IMG/VR virus record: IMGVR_UViG_3300034093_001947
DNA: 64,000 nt
Reading direction: 5' to 3' (one strand)
Source of the DNA: a virus
Lineage: Duplodnaviria; Heunggongvirae; Uroviricota; Caudoviricetes
Shown here: piece by piece, positions 5,609 to 13,816 of the stretch
Layout of the letters: the number at the start of each line of letters is the position of its first letter
How positions within the stretch are numbered: position 1 is the first letter of the stretch
Notes under the pieces: model-generated
The model's database searches: none
The model's input: the letters and a program-made list of their open reading frames with translations, nothing else
Told to the model about the DNA's origin: nothing
Translations under genes and position numbers: made by a program

Positions 5609-5727
5609 AGGTTCTTTTCAGCAATTAAAAATAATCTTTCTGTAAAAAAGAGGGGCTGGGTTCGAATCCCGGGCGTGAGTTGGTCTTCACGTTGGTGTAG
5701 TGGTAGCACGTAAAAAGAGAACCTGTT
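5609..5727 (+). ncRNA. Y-RNA-like module 4 enclosing a circularly permuted tRNA-Tyr(GTA) mimic
   Basis: AGGTTCTT-TTCAGCAA ... GAGAACCT-GTT; inside TCTTT-CTGTAAA-AAAGA, CTGGG-TTCGAAT-CCCGG, GCGTGAG-TTGGTC-TTCACGT, GTGT-AGTGGTA-GCAC. Confidence 0.8.
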
Positions 5728-5756
5728 TAACTTTAACTTTAACTTCAAGGAAACAC

Positions 5757-5984
5757 ATGGCACGTTTAACGTCACAAGCAGCGGTAGAGATGGTAGGTAA
5801 TCGTTTTGATCTAGTATTGATTGCATCAATTCGTGCTAGAGAATTAAAGCGTGGGCATATGCCTATGGTTACCTGTAATAACGGATTCAACGTCACTGCA
5901 CTTCGAGAAATTGAAGCAGGTAAAGTGGGACGTGATTATTTGGAAAAGCTTCGCAAGCCTCCTAAAAAGAGTGAACACTATTAA
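5757..5984 (+). CDS. rpoZ: DNA-directed RNA polymerase omega subunit homolog
   Basis: MARLT...GNRFDLVLIASIRAREL.RG...VTALREIEAGKV matches the RpoZ signature; AAGGA SD. Confidence 0.85.
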   Translation: MARLTSQAAVEMVGNRFDLVLIASIRARELKRGHMPMVTCNNGFNVTALREIEAGKVGRDYLEKLRKPPKKSEHY

Positions 5985-5989
5985 AGATC

Positions 5990-6448
5990 ATGCAGCCAAT
6001 CTATCTTAATAAAGAAGTCGATAAGACCGGCGTTGAGCTAGAAATTTTACACGTTGAACAAATAGCCAATAGTCCAGTCTATACATTTTTTATCAGACAC
6101 ATGGCCGAATTGATAGATTCCGGGTTCGCAATGGCACGAACTAGTTGGAATGACAATGATTGTGGAGCCATTTATGCAGAAGAGAATGGTGTTATAGTAG
6201 GGGCCATAATCTACAGTAGAGCATACCTACACAAAAATTGCCTGTGGATCGAACTTAGTGCAGTACGTAGTGATTGCCGGAAACGCGGCATTTATTCAGT
6301 GTTACATAATTATTTTGAAATGCTTGCAAAAAAAATGAACTGCGATTCTATTTCTAGTAAAGTACATAAAAACAATGTAATTCGATTATCTTCAGCAGAA
6401 AAAGTTGGCATGAATATTGCTTTCTACCAAATGGTTAAAATGATCTAA
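5990..6448 (+). CDS. GNAT-family acetyltransferase
   Basis: WIELSAVRSDCRKRGIY (motif A: V..D.R.RG). Confidence 0.7.
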   Translation: MQPIYLNKEVDKTGVELEILHVEQIANSPVYTFFIRHMAELIDSGFAMARTSWNDNDCGAIYAEENGVIVGAIIYSRAYLHKNCLWIELSAVRSDCRKRGIYSVLHNYFEMLAKKMNCDSISSKVHKNNVIRLSSAEKVGMNIAFYQMVKMI

Positions 6449-6489
6449 TAAATATTAAACAATATGCGTGAATACTTGCATTAATTAAT

Positions 6490-7239
6490 ATGAAAATAGA
6501 TCAATACTTAAAACCAAAAAATATACCGGGATGGCTAGAGAAAGTATTAGCTTCTCAGCAACGAACAGAGTATAATAAAATACCAACTTATCCAGAAGTT
6601 GAAACTATCAGAGAGTTTTACACTGCACACACATGCAATACTTTTGTTGATCTAGGATGTTGGCTAGGAGTTTTATCAGCACAGGTTAAAAAAGCAGTAA
6701 ATCCGAACAAGCACATACTGATCGATGCTGTGCCTACATACCTGTATCTTGCAAAAAGTCTATTGACAACAGAACAATTAGATGCTAATATAGATATAGT
6801 CGAAATGTCAATTATCGATCGTGAAGAATTTCCAAGTCATTTAACAGTAAATCTTGATGATACATTAAACACTTCTTCAATTAGAACAACCACCAAAGCT
6901 GATATAACAGTTAACATTCCAATTGCAAATCCAAAAACATGCAATGATGCCGCAGTTGAGATTTTTAATCTTGCACCGAATAGTACATATTTAAAAATGG
7001 ATTTAGATGGAGTTGATTACTCATTTTTAAAATCTTTAATAAATCTCTCTATACTGCCCAGCGTTATTCATTTTGAAGCATGGCTAATGACTCCTTCAGA
7101 ATTTAAAGAATGTATTAGTATTTTGGCTCAGTTTGAATCGCTCGGTTACAAAGTTCCTAATCCTCTCGAACTTCTTGGTGCAGATATTAGGGTAATCGTT
7201 ATTTCAAGACAACAATTTAAAAACATCAAAGTAAGGTAA
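6490..7239 (+). CDS. FkbM-like SAM-dependent methyltransferase
   Basis: FVDLGCWLG motif I; YLKMDLDG motif. Confidence 0.65.
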   Translation: MKIDQYLKPKNIPGWLEKVLASQQRTEYNKIPTYPEVETIREFYTAHTCNTFVDLGCWLGVLSAQVKKAVNPNKHILIDAVPTYLYLAKSLLTTEQLDANIDIVEMSIIDREEFPSHLTVNLDDTLNTSSIRTTTKADITVNIPIANPKTCNDAAVEIFNLAPNSTYLKMDLDGVDYSFLKSLINLSILPSVIHFEAWLMTPSEFKECISILAQFESLGYKVPNPLELLGADIRVIVISRQQFKNIKVR

Positions 7240-7241
7240 AA

Positions 7242-7706
7242 ATGGCAAAATGTTATCAATTGGTCGGAGTGCCTGCCTCGGGCAAGAGCACTTGGATTAA
7301 AGAACAAGATTGGGCTTCTGACTGCGTAGTAGTGAGTACTGACGATTTTGTTGAAGCCTATGCTGTAGAACAAGGCAAGACCTACTCGGAAGTATTTGTA
7401 GAGTACATGCCGACGGCTGTAAATCTAATGGCTGACAAAGTTGTACAAGCACGTGAAGCTGGCAAGGACATTATATGGGATCAAACCAGTACTACTCTAG
7501 TAAGCCGTATTCGTAAGTTTAATATGTTGCCTGACTACGAGCATATTGCTGTGGTGTTTAAGACACCGGAACATAAAGAACTGTTTAGACGGTTATGGAG
7601 TCGCCCAGGCAAAGACATTCCAGAGCATGTTATCGCCAGCATGATTGCCAGTTGGGAAGAGCCTACTGTAGAGGAAGGCTTTAAGGAAGTTTGGTTCGCC
7701 CAATAA
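7242..7706 (+). CDS. P-loop kinase (AAA_33 / polynucleotide kinase-like)
   Basis: GVPASGKST Walker A, STDD, IIWDQTS. Confidence 0.8.
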   Translation: MAKCYQLVGVPASGKSTWIKEQDWASDCVVVSTDDFVEAYAVEQGKTYSEVFVEYMPTAVNLMADKVVQAREAGKDIIWDQTSTTLVSRIRKFNMLPDYEHIAVVFKTPEHKELFRRLWSRPGKDIPEHVIASMIASWEEPTVEEGFKEVWFAQ

Positions 7707-7718
7707 TTACTGCCCTGC

Positions 7719-7747
7719 TTGACAGGGCTTTCTTTTGACTGTATAAT
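7719..7747 (+). promoter_or_regulatory. sigma70-type promoter
   Basis: TTGACA-17-TATAAT. Confidence 0.9.
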
Positions 7748-7775
7748 ATGTACTTACTACACTTAAGGAAACATC

Positions 7776-7949
7776 ATGGCAGGCAAAGCAAAATCAATCT
7801 ATCTCACAATATTGCCTAAGGGCAAGCATATGAGCGTATTCAAGAAGGTGTTCTTTGAAGCTAAATCCTACAATGAATATGTTAAGACTGAAGAATTTAA
7901 GGCTGCATGGCCTGCTGAACTATATGATATTATAAAAGAGACGTATTGA
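7776..7949 (+). CDS. 57-aa hypothetical protein
   Basis: AAGGA SD; manual translation MAGKAKSIYL...IIKETY; TGA overlaps the next ATG. Confidence 0.7.
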   Translation: MAGKAKSIYLTILPKGKHMSVFKKVFFEAKSYNEYVKTEEFKAAWPAELYDIIKETY

Positions 7950-8500
7950 TGAAAATATGGATAACTAGCGACCTACATTTTGGACATAAGAACATTATGA
8001 AGTTCTGTCCACAGACAAGAGCACGATTTAGAGACGATGTTGCGTATATGAATAATGCAATGGCGGAAGAATGGAATGCTAAGGTCGCTCCCGAGGATAT
8101 GGTTTACATCTTAGGAGATGTAGCATTTATGTCAGGCAGTGATGCAGGCCGAATGATGCATCGCTTAAATGGTGATAAAATTTTAGTTGAAGGTAATCAC
8201 GATCGCAAGACACTAATGGACGAAACGTTCCGTAGTGCATTTAAGGAAATACACAAGTATTTGGATATTACCTATGACGGCCACAAGTGCGTGATGTTTC
8301 ATTATCCAATTGCCGAATGGGACCAAATGCACAGAGGTGCATTACACTTTCATGGTCACTTACATGGTGGTAAGAGTGGAATCGAACAGTATCGTGCGTT
8401 GGACGTAGGAATGGATTCAACCGGAGAAATTGTTATATCTATGGATCGTGCTGTACGTATGATCAAAGATAATGTGATTAAAGGACATCATACCGGTTGA
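7949..8500 (+). CDS. Calcineurin-like metallophosphoesterase
   Basis: SDLHFGH, LGD, GNHD, FHYP, HGHLH motifs. Confidence 0.9.
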   Translation: MKIWITSDLHFGHKNIMKFCPQTRARFRDDVAYMNNAMAEEWNAKVAPEDMVYILGDVAFMSGSDAGRMMHRLNGDKILVEGNHDRKTLMDETFRSAFKEIHKYLDITYDGHKCVMFHYPIAEWDQMHRGALHFHGHLHGGKSGIEQYRALDVGMDSTGEIVISMDRAVRMIKDNVIKGHHTG

Positions 8501-8525
8501 CAGTATGGTAAAACCATGCTATAAT
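8497..8525 (+). promoter_or_regulatory. sigma70-type promoter
   Basis: TTGACA-17-TATAAT. Confidence 0.9.
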
Positions 8526-8550
8526 ATAACTTATTAACAAGGAGAGTAGC

Positions 8551-9087
8551 ATGGAAGAATTTACTATGGAATTAACTGGGATGGATTTGGTCCATAAGGC
8601 CCAAGTTTTCGCTATTGCTGCTCACAGTGCCGTGGGTCAAAAGCGTAAGTATACCGGAGAACCTTACTTTGTTCACCCTGCAGAAGTTGCAAGGATTGTG
8701 GCAGAGGTTCCTGGCAGTACTGCTGAAATGGTAGCGGCTGCTTGGTTACACGATACAGTAGAAGATACCGGAGTTACCGCCACTGACATCCATATGAATT
8801 TTGGTCCGGAGGTTGCGGCGTTAGTTGGTTGGTTAACTGACGTGTCAAAGCCAGAAGATGGCAATCGTGCTCATCGCAAGGCCATGGACCGTGCTCACAC
8901 TGCTGAAGCACCTGCTGAAGCACAGACTGTTAAGTTGGCAGATTTGATCTCCAACAGTCGTAGCATCATGGCACACGATCCTGCTTTTGCTAGGACTTAC
9001 TTAGAAGAAAAGCGTTTGATGTTAGAAGTAATGACTCGAGGTGATCGTGGGTTGCACGCCGAAGCCAGCCGGTTCGTAGGTGTATGA
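8551..9087 (+). CDS. HD-domain hydrolase, small (p)ppGpp-hydrolase (SpoT/Mesh1)-like
   Basis: AH..Q.RK..GEPY..HP, WLHDTVEDT, V..LTD, KLAD..SN. Confidence 0.8.
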   Translation: MEEFTMELTGMDLVHKAQVFAIAAHSAVGQKRKYTGEPYFVHPAEVARIVAEVPGSTAEMVAAAWLHDTVEDTGVTATDIHMNFGPEVAALVGWLTDVSKPEDGNRAHRKAMDRAHTAEAPAEAQTVKLADLISNSRSIMAHDPAFARTYLEEKRLMLEVMTRGDRGLHAEASRFVGV

Positions 9088-9377
9088 TTGATTTAGACGT
9101 TAATAGTTTTTATCCGCATACTCCTATGAACTGGTTTACTAAACGCCCCCGTAGTTTAGAACTGCGGGTTCGAGAAGATCTTGCTCCTCAGAAATACACT
9201 GTGTATTTTTCGGGCGGTGATTGGTGGGAAGAAAAAGATAAGATGACAGAGTGGTGCTCGAAGCAGTTTGGACACAGAAACAATGGATATAACAATCCTC
9301 GTTGGAGTCCTGGACCTTTTGAGTATAGATTTAAAAATGAAAAGGACGCTACGTTCTTTATGTTAAAGTGGGGATGA
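9084..9377 (+). CDS. Small phage hypothetical (C-terminal F...DA.FF.LKW motif)
   Basis: ORF track; coupled start/stop. Confidence 0.6.
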   Translation: MIDLDVNSFYPHTPMNWFTKRPRSLELRVREDLAPQKYTVYFSGGDWWEEKDKMTEWCSKQFGHRNNGYNNPRWSPGPFEYRFKNEKDATFFMLKWG

Positions 9378-9378
9378 T

Positions 9379-9585
9379 ATGAAATTCTTTTGGGGCGATG
9401 CGAAAGGGCTCAAGGCAGATGTCGAACGTCATCGTGCTCACGAAGCCGAACTGGATGCTAAGATAGCAGAGTTAGAAGGCAAGGAAGATCCCATGAGCAT
9501 TGCCGCATTGCGAGTATATCGTCGCTTCCGTGCCCAACTGCTACAGAGCAAGGCCGATGTTGTAACAAAGATTGGACGAAAATAA
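9379..9585 (+). CDS. Hypothetical protein
   Basis: ORF track; tightly packed operon. Confidence 0.55.
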   Translation: MKFFWGDAKGLKADVERHRAHEAELDAKIAELEGKEDPMSIAALRVYRRFRAQLLQSKADVVTKIGRK

Positions 9586-9698
9586 TGTATATCACAAATA
9601 AATTTAAATCAATCCGACTGCCCAATGAACCGGGCATGTTGGAATGGTTGAAAGAAACATACCCTAATTCAGGATACTATATTGTGGAGACAGTATGA
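9585..9698 (+). CDS. 37-aa hypothetical protein
   Basis: Manual: MYITNKFKSIRLPNEPG..., coupled to both neighbours. Confidence 0.45.
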   Translation: MYITNKFKSIRLPNEPGMLEWLKETYPNSGYYIVETV

Positions 9699-9880
9699 AA
9701 GATGAAGGCCATTTACCTGTTGCAGAACAGAGCTTGATATTTCGTTTACGTAAACGAGCAGAGATCCGCAGACAGATTCAAGGACGTAAAAGCGTAGAAG
9801 AAGGCAAGCCGGATCGTATTGCGGATCTCTTAGAAGAAGCCGCCAACGAAATTGAACGGCTAAATTCGGAGCAAATATAA
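9695..9880 (+). CDS. Hypothetical protein
   Basis: ORF track. Confidence 0.6.
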   Translation: MKDEGHLPVAEQSLIFRLRKRAEIRRQIQGRKSVEEGKPDRIADLLEEAANEIERLNSEQI

Positions 9881-10086
9881 TGCAAATATCAAGAGCAGAA
9901 CAAAGTGTTATAAAGTACAATCAAGAACAATATCGTCTGGATCAGACTCGCTTGGAAAAACAACGAACTGAAGATTACGCAAAAAAAATTGAAGAACGTA
10001 GGCTTGATCAAATCATAGCAGAACGAGTAGCAAGAAATCTTCGTTTAGATTTGGACAAGGGCAGAAATATAGATATCGAATGTTAG
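9880..10086 (+). CDS. Hypothetical coiled-coil protein
   Basis: ORF track. Confidence 0.55.
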   Translation: MQISRAEQSVIKYNQEQYRLDQTRLEKQRTEDYAKKIEERRLDQIIAERVARNLRLDLDKGRNIDIEC

Positions 10087-10095
10087 GAGGCAATC

Positions 10096-10563
10096 ATGCC
10101 ATGGATTGAAAATGTAGCCGCAGATGATATTCCGAAGAGATTTCATCACGAGGCAGGTGAGAACAGTATGCTGATCAGCATTGTTGATCCAGCAAGCTGG
10201 CGACCTACTCCTGCACACAAGTTCAAAGAAATTCACAATTTTGAATTTTTGGACGTCGAAGAAAAGGATGAGGTGCTGGAAGAAGCTATGAAGTGTAGTC
10301 ATGAGCAGGCCGCAGAGCTTGTTCGATTACTGCAACATGCACTGGAAAATAAGATGAACGTGGTTGTTCATTGCTATGCAGGTGTTTGCCGTAGTGGTGC
10401 TGTGTGTGAACTCGGAGTCATGATGGGCTTTGAAGACACTGGCCGCTTCCGTAGTCCTAACTTACTAGTTAAGCATCGCATGATGAAGTCATTAGGCTGG
10501 ACATATGATGCAGATGAAAAGCCAAACATTGATGATTGGCGAACTTTTAGAAGTGTAGACTAA
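10096..10563 (+). CDS. Cys-based (PTP/DSP-fold) phosphatase
   Basis: VHCYAGVCRSG = HCX5R motif; AGGAGG SD. Confidence 0.8.
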   Translation: MPWIENVAADDIPKRFHHEAGENSMLISIVDPASWRPTPAHKFKEIHNFEFLDVEEKDEVLEEAMKCSHEQAAELVRLLQHALENKMNVVVHCYAGVCRSGAVCELGVMMGFEDTGRFRSPNLLVKHRMMKSLGWTYDADEKPNIDDWRTFRSVD

Positions 10564-11438
10564 TGAAAGATCAGCAACACACATCCTCAAAGTTTCACAC
10601 ACAGAATATAGTGTCGTATCCTTATGCAGAATACGGCATTAAGGGAGTCGGTAAGAATCGACTCCCTATTTTGTCAATGGACAAATATATTGATCACAGT
10701 CAAGACCAAAAACTTCATATCGAATGTTGCAAAGGTCTTGCATTAAACGAAGAATATAAAATGGGGATGACCTACGGAGCATTACCCCCAGAAGAAGTTG
10801 CCAGGTTTGGTGGACACGATTGTTGGAGTGAGATGCTTCAGCAACTGCATAAGTACGATCCAACAGGAGTGCATCGAGAAGCTCTTAAAGAAGTTATTGA
10901 TCGAAGTCCCGGAAAAGAAATGCAGGCAATGTACAAATATGCTTATTTTGCCATGGGTGCAGTTATTCCGTGGTTCTTTGCATTGTACTTAAAGAAAAAT
11001 GATTTTGGAAAGAAAACAGAGGACTTTGGGCAATGGACCGAAGCTGCAAAATTGTTTCCTAATGTAGTTGAGTACATTAACCAACTGCCGTTTAAGACAA
11101 TTGGTCGAGTTTTATTTTTTACAACTTACCCAAATGCCGGAGTAGTAACACATCGAGACAGTGTTATGGCTGAACACAGTGATCACAATATCAATTTATT
11201 TTTTGCAAGTGGAAGTCGCCCTAGTTTTATTTGGGACGAAAAGGCTAAGAAAAAGATTTATCTAGATAGTGACGCTCGTAGCTACTTCTTTAATAACCGC
11301 GACTACCACGGAGTTGACCCAGAACCAGTATTTCGATATACTTTAAGAGTTGACGGAACGTTTACTGACGAGCTATGTGAACAATTAGGATTGGAAGACG
11401 GCCGCACTTGGAAGTGGAGTTACGAAACTCCTGATTAG
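10563..11438 (+). CDS. Fe(II)/2OG dioxygenase-fold hypothetical protein
   Basis: VTHRDS...YHGVDP...RYTLRV. Confidence 0.55.
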   Translation: MKDQQHTSSKFHTQNIVSYPYAEYGIKGVGKNRLPILSMDKYIDHSQDQKLHIECCKGLALNEEYKMGMTYGALPPEEVARFGGHDCWSEMLQQLHKYDPTGVHREALKEVIDRSPGKEMQAMYKYAYFAMGAVIPWFFALYLKKNDFGKKTEDFGQWTEAAKLFPNVVEYINQLPFKTIGRVLFFTTYPNAGVVTHRDSVMAEHSDHNINLFFASGSRPSFIWDEKAKKKIYLDSDARSYFFNNRDYHGVDPEPVFRYTLRVDGTFTDELCEQLGLEDGRTWKWSYETPD

Positions 11439-12055
11439 AGTTTACCGTGATCTGTTAGACCGAGTGTTTGATATGCCCACATTCTTTCGCTACATTGAAA
11501 ACATTTTAAACATCTACCTGTTACTTGTTCAGTACAGGTATGCGTTAGATTTGCGAGTGCCTGAATTTCAAGTTGATCAACAAGATCAACTATGTGTGTC
11601 TTGTACAGCATCATAAAAGGCATCTCTATTCTAGGATTACTATTAGATATAGGCCTGTTAGGAAACTGCCATTTTGGATCTCCCCAAGGTTGTGGCGGAT
11701 TTTGATTGATGCCTATAAACAATTTTTCTATTTCTGGATACTTTATTAGAACATGTCTAATGCCTGTTTGATTAATCTGGGTATGATGAATATCCGGTGA
11801 CCCTACTTTGATAGGGTCAGGTAGTCGAATATTAAACAGTAGATTTATGTACTCAATGATACCGTCAATGTACGCATACGAGCCGTCGTGTTTGGCAATA
11901 TAAAAAGGTTGGATGCTAGCAGTAGGACAATCTTTAAGCATTAGATAGAGCAATACTGCACTGTCTAGTCCTCCGGACATCATTAACCCGTAAGCTGTAT
12001 TCTGTTGTAAATTCACAACGATCTGTTTACCATCTATCCTTGACTGAATTTCCAT
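11435..12055 (-). CDS. QueC-like PP-loop ATPase (7-cyano-7-deazaguanine synthase-like)
   Basis: MSGGLDS PP-loop; C-terminal HTC...RCLKCFQC Zn cluster. Confidence 0.65.
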   Translation of the reverse strand: MEIQSRIDGKQIVVNLQQNTAYGLMMSGGLDSAVLLYLMLKDCPTASIQPFYIAKHDGSYAYIDGIIEYINLLFNIRLPDPIKVGSPDIHHTQINQTGIRHVLIKYPEIEKLFIGINQNPPQPWGDPKWQFPNRPISNSNPRIEMPFMMLYKTHIVDLVDQLEIQALANLTHTCTEQVTGRCLKCFQCSERMWAYQTLGLTDHGKL

Positions 12056-12068
12056 AATGTTGTATAAT
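12040..12068 (+). promoter_or_regulatory. sigma70-type promoter for tRNA-Thr/Arg
   Basis: TTGACT-17-TATAAT. Confidence 0.8.
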
Positions 12069-12095
12069 TAAAGTATATTTAAAAGAAAAAGATTT

Positions 12096-12169
12096 GCTCC
12101 TGTAGTATAAAGGCAGTACACTTCCTTGGTAAGGATGAGAAGCTGGATCGTTCCCAGCCTGGAGCACCA
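12096..12169 (+). tRNA. tRNA-Thr(GGT)
   Basis: Loop TT-GGT-AA, T-loop ATCGTTC, ACCA. Confidence 0.9.
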
Positions 12170-12173
12170 AATG

Positions 12174-12248
12174 CGGCCATTAGTGAAATGGATATCATGC
12201 TTGTCTTCGAAACAAGCGGTGTGGGTTCGATTCCTGCATGGCCGGCCA
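12174..12248 (+). tRNA. tRNA-Arg(TCG)
   Basis: CTTGT-CTTCGAA-ACAAG, GCCA. Confidence 0.9.
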
Positions 12249-12252
12249 ATAT

Positions 12253-12762
12253 ATGTATTTTATTCCAATAACTACAAAAAACGTATTTTCATATCATCTA
12301 AATCCAAATGTTGGAAATTTTTGGGGTGTTGTAGATTCCTCGCCTTATTTAAAAATGTTAGGATTGGAAGATTTAGTCGATGATGTATATACCCTTTCTA
12401 TTTGGTTGAGTCCAAACTCGAAAGACATAATACATAAAGATCAACGGCTAGACGGTACGGGAGTTCGTTGGTCATTAGTAGTAGCACCAATAGGTCATGA
12501 GGATGTTTCGATAGAAATTTTTGACCAGATAAATGATACAACTAATACCTTTCATCAAAATTTTCATAAAAGTTCTATACCTTTATTAGATGAAAATAAC
12601 GCAAAATTAGTTGACCAATGGAGTATGAAAAATGGCAGTTGTATTTTTGATGCGTACAATTATTGGCATACTGTAGTAAATTCTACAGATCAATTTAAAA
12701 ATATTATCAGTATAAGATCGGATCATTTAGAATTAGAGAAAATATTAGAAAAGTTTTTATAA
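12253..12762 (+). CDS. Fe(II)/2OG dioxygenase-fold hypothetical protein
   Basis: IIHKDQ...WHTVVN motif; start moved past the tRNA. Confidence 0.6.
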   Translation: MYFIPITTKNVFSYHLNPNVGNFWGVVDSSPYLKMLGLEDLVDDVYTLSIWLSPNSKDIIHKDQRLDGTGVRWSLVVAPIGHEDVSIEIFDQINDTTNTFHQNFHKSSIPLLDENNAKLVDQWSMKNGSCIFDAYNYWHTVVNSTDQFKNIISIRSDHLELEKILEKFL

Positions 12763-12837
12763 CCCGCTATAGTTCAATGGATAGAACGGGGACCTCCTAA
12801 GTCTCAGATACAGGTTCGATTCCTGTTGGTGGGACCA
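12763..12837 (+). tRNA. tRNA-Arg(CCT)
   Basis: GGGAC-CTCCTAA-GTCTC, ACCA. Confidence 0.9.
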
Positions 12838-12878
12838 AACGTTGTTGTGATGAGTAAGAAAAGAAAGTAAAATTAACA

Positions 12879-13106
12879 ATGTATAAAGTAATAAGCAAAA
12901 ATAAATTGACATTAAATGAATGTCTAACATTAAGTGACGCAATGATATTTGCCAAAACTGTTGGCATGTTTGTAACAATTAAAGGTCCTGACTTTGAAAT
13001 TGTAGGCATGTTCGGAGTTGACAGTGTGAAAGACGGCAAGTGCCCGGACGGTGTTGCATACGATTGGAACAAAGCCAGTCGTATTGGGGCACCGAAGCGT
13101 CGATAA
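12879..13106 (+). CDS. Hypothetical protein
   Basis: ORF track. Confidence 0.6.
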   Translation: MYKVISKNKLTLNECLTLSDAMIFAKTVGMFVTIKGPDFEIVGMFGVDSVKDGKCPDGVAYDWNKASRIGAPKRR

Positions 13107-13109
13107 AAT

Positions 13110-13199
13110 AGTGGGTTGCCAGAGCGGTTTATTGGCACATCTTGGAAAGGTGCAGGTTGCGAAAGCGGCACAAGAGTTCGAATCTCTTACCCACTGCCA
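13110..13199 (+). tRNA. tRNA-Ser(GGA)
   Basis: Loop TT-GGA-AA, long variable arm, G73-CCA. Confidence 0.9.
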
Positions 13200-13230
13200 G
13201 ACATTTTGGATAACAAACTTAAAAAATTTG

Positions 13231-13259
13231 TTGACAACAAGAGTTAATTAGTATATAAT
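13231..13259 (+). promoter_or_regulatory. sigma70-type promoter for the Y-like RNA / TROVE-like unit
   Basis: TTGACA-17-TATAAT. Confidence 0.9.
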
Positions 13260-13297
13260 TAATACATAGCAAGCAGTAATGCAAGCTAAGAAGTTTT

Positions 13298-13464
13298 AGG
13301 TTAGGTACAGCAACATTCATTAACTATGAACTGTTAGACACTGTGGTAGAAACTGGAGCAGAGTGCGTAAAAACACCGAGCGTTGAAGGGGTCTATTGAA
13401 GCAAGACTAACGAGCACAGAGTGATGGCCTGTGTAAAATAAAAGCAGTCAACAACTAACCTGTT
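13298..13464 (+). ncRNA. Y-RNA-like module 5
   Basis: AGGTTAGG-TACAGCAA ... CTAACCT-GTT, multi-hairpin interior. Confidence 0.7.
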
Positions 13465-13471
13465 AAATCCT

Positions 13472-13728
13472 AGGATGGATTCAGCAACTTAAACAATAAA
13501 CTCTGAACTAACTGCTATAGAAGATGGTCGCAGGACACAGTAGAAATACTGTTCTAGGAAACTAGACTCGAAGGAATAGACGACACATTGGAAAGACTTT
13601 GTATGATGATTGTACAGACACAACACAATCTAGGCGACATGAATTGTATGCTAGGCTTGCGAGACTTGAACCGATATACTGGGGATGGGGGTAAGCAGAA
13701 AATAAAAATCCGTCTCAGCCATCCTGTT
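13472..13728 (+). ncRNA. Y-RNA-like module 6
   Basis: AGGATGGA-TTCAGCAA ... CCATCCT-GTT; GAAA tetraloop hairpins inside. Confidence 0.7.
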
Positions 13729-13734
13729 GTAGTT

Positions 13735-13806
13735 AGGTTAATTACAGCAATTTTAAATTGTATCATTAAAACCCGTGGGAACAACAAAGCCCACATTTAA
13801 CCTGAA
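13735..13806 (+). ncRNA. Y-RNA-like module 7, abutting the RBS of the TROVE-like gene
   Basis: AGGTTAAT-TACAGCAA ... TTAACCT-GAA then GGAAAAGAAAATG. Confidence 0.7.
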
Positions 13807-13816
13807 GGAAAAGAAA

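Noticed and set aside
5726-5743. (TTTAAC)x3 tandem repeat before rpoZ
   Set aside because: Too short in AT-rich DNA to support a function.
1345-5896. Many short track ORFs overlapping tRNAs (e.g. 1345, 1539, 2128, 2286, 2483, 4311, 4997, 5028, 5304, 5593)
   Set aside because: They are explained by GC-rich tRNA/ncRNA sequence and show no coding signals.
1326-13806. CRISPR array made of the CAGCAA repeats
   Set aside because: The copies are dispersed, vary in the stem with compensatory changes, and enclose structured interiors of very different length. No cas genes are present.
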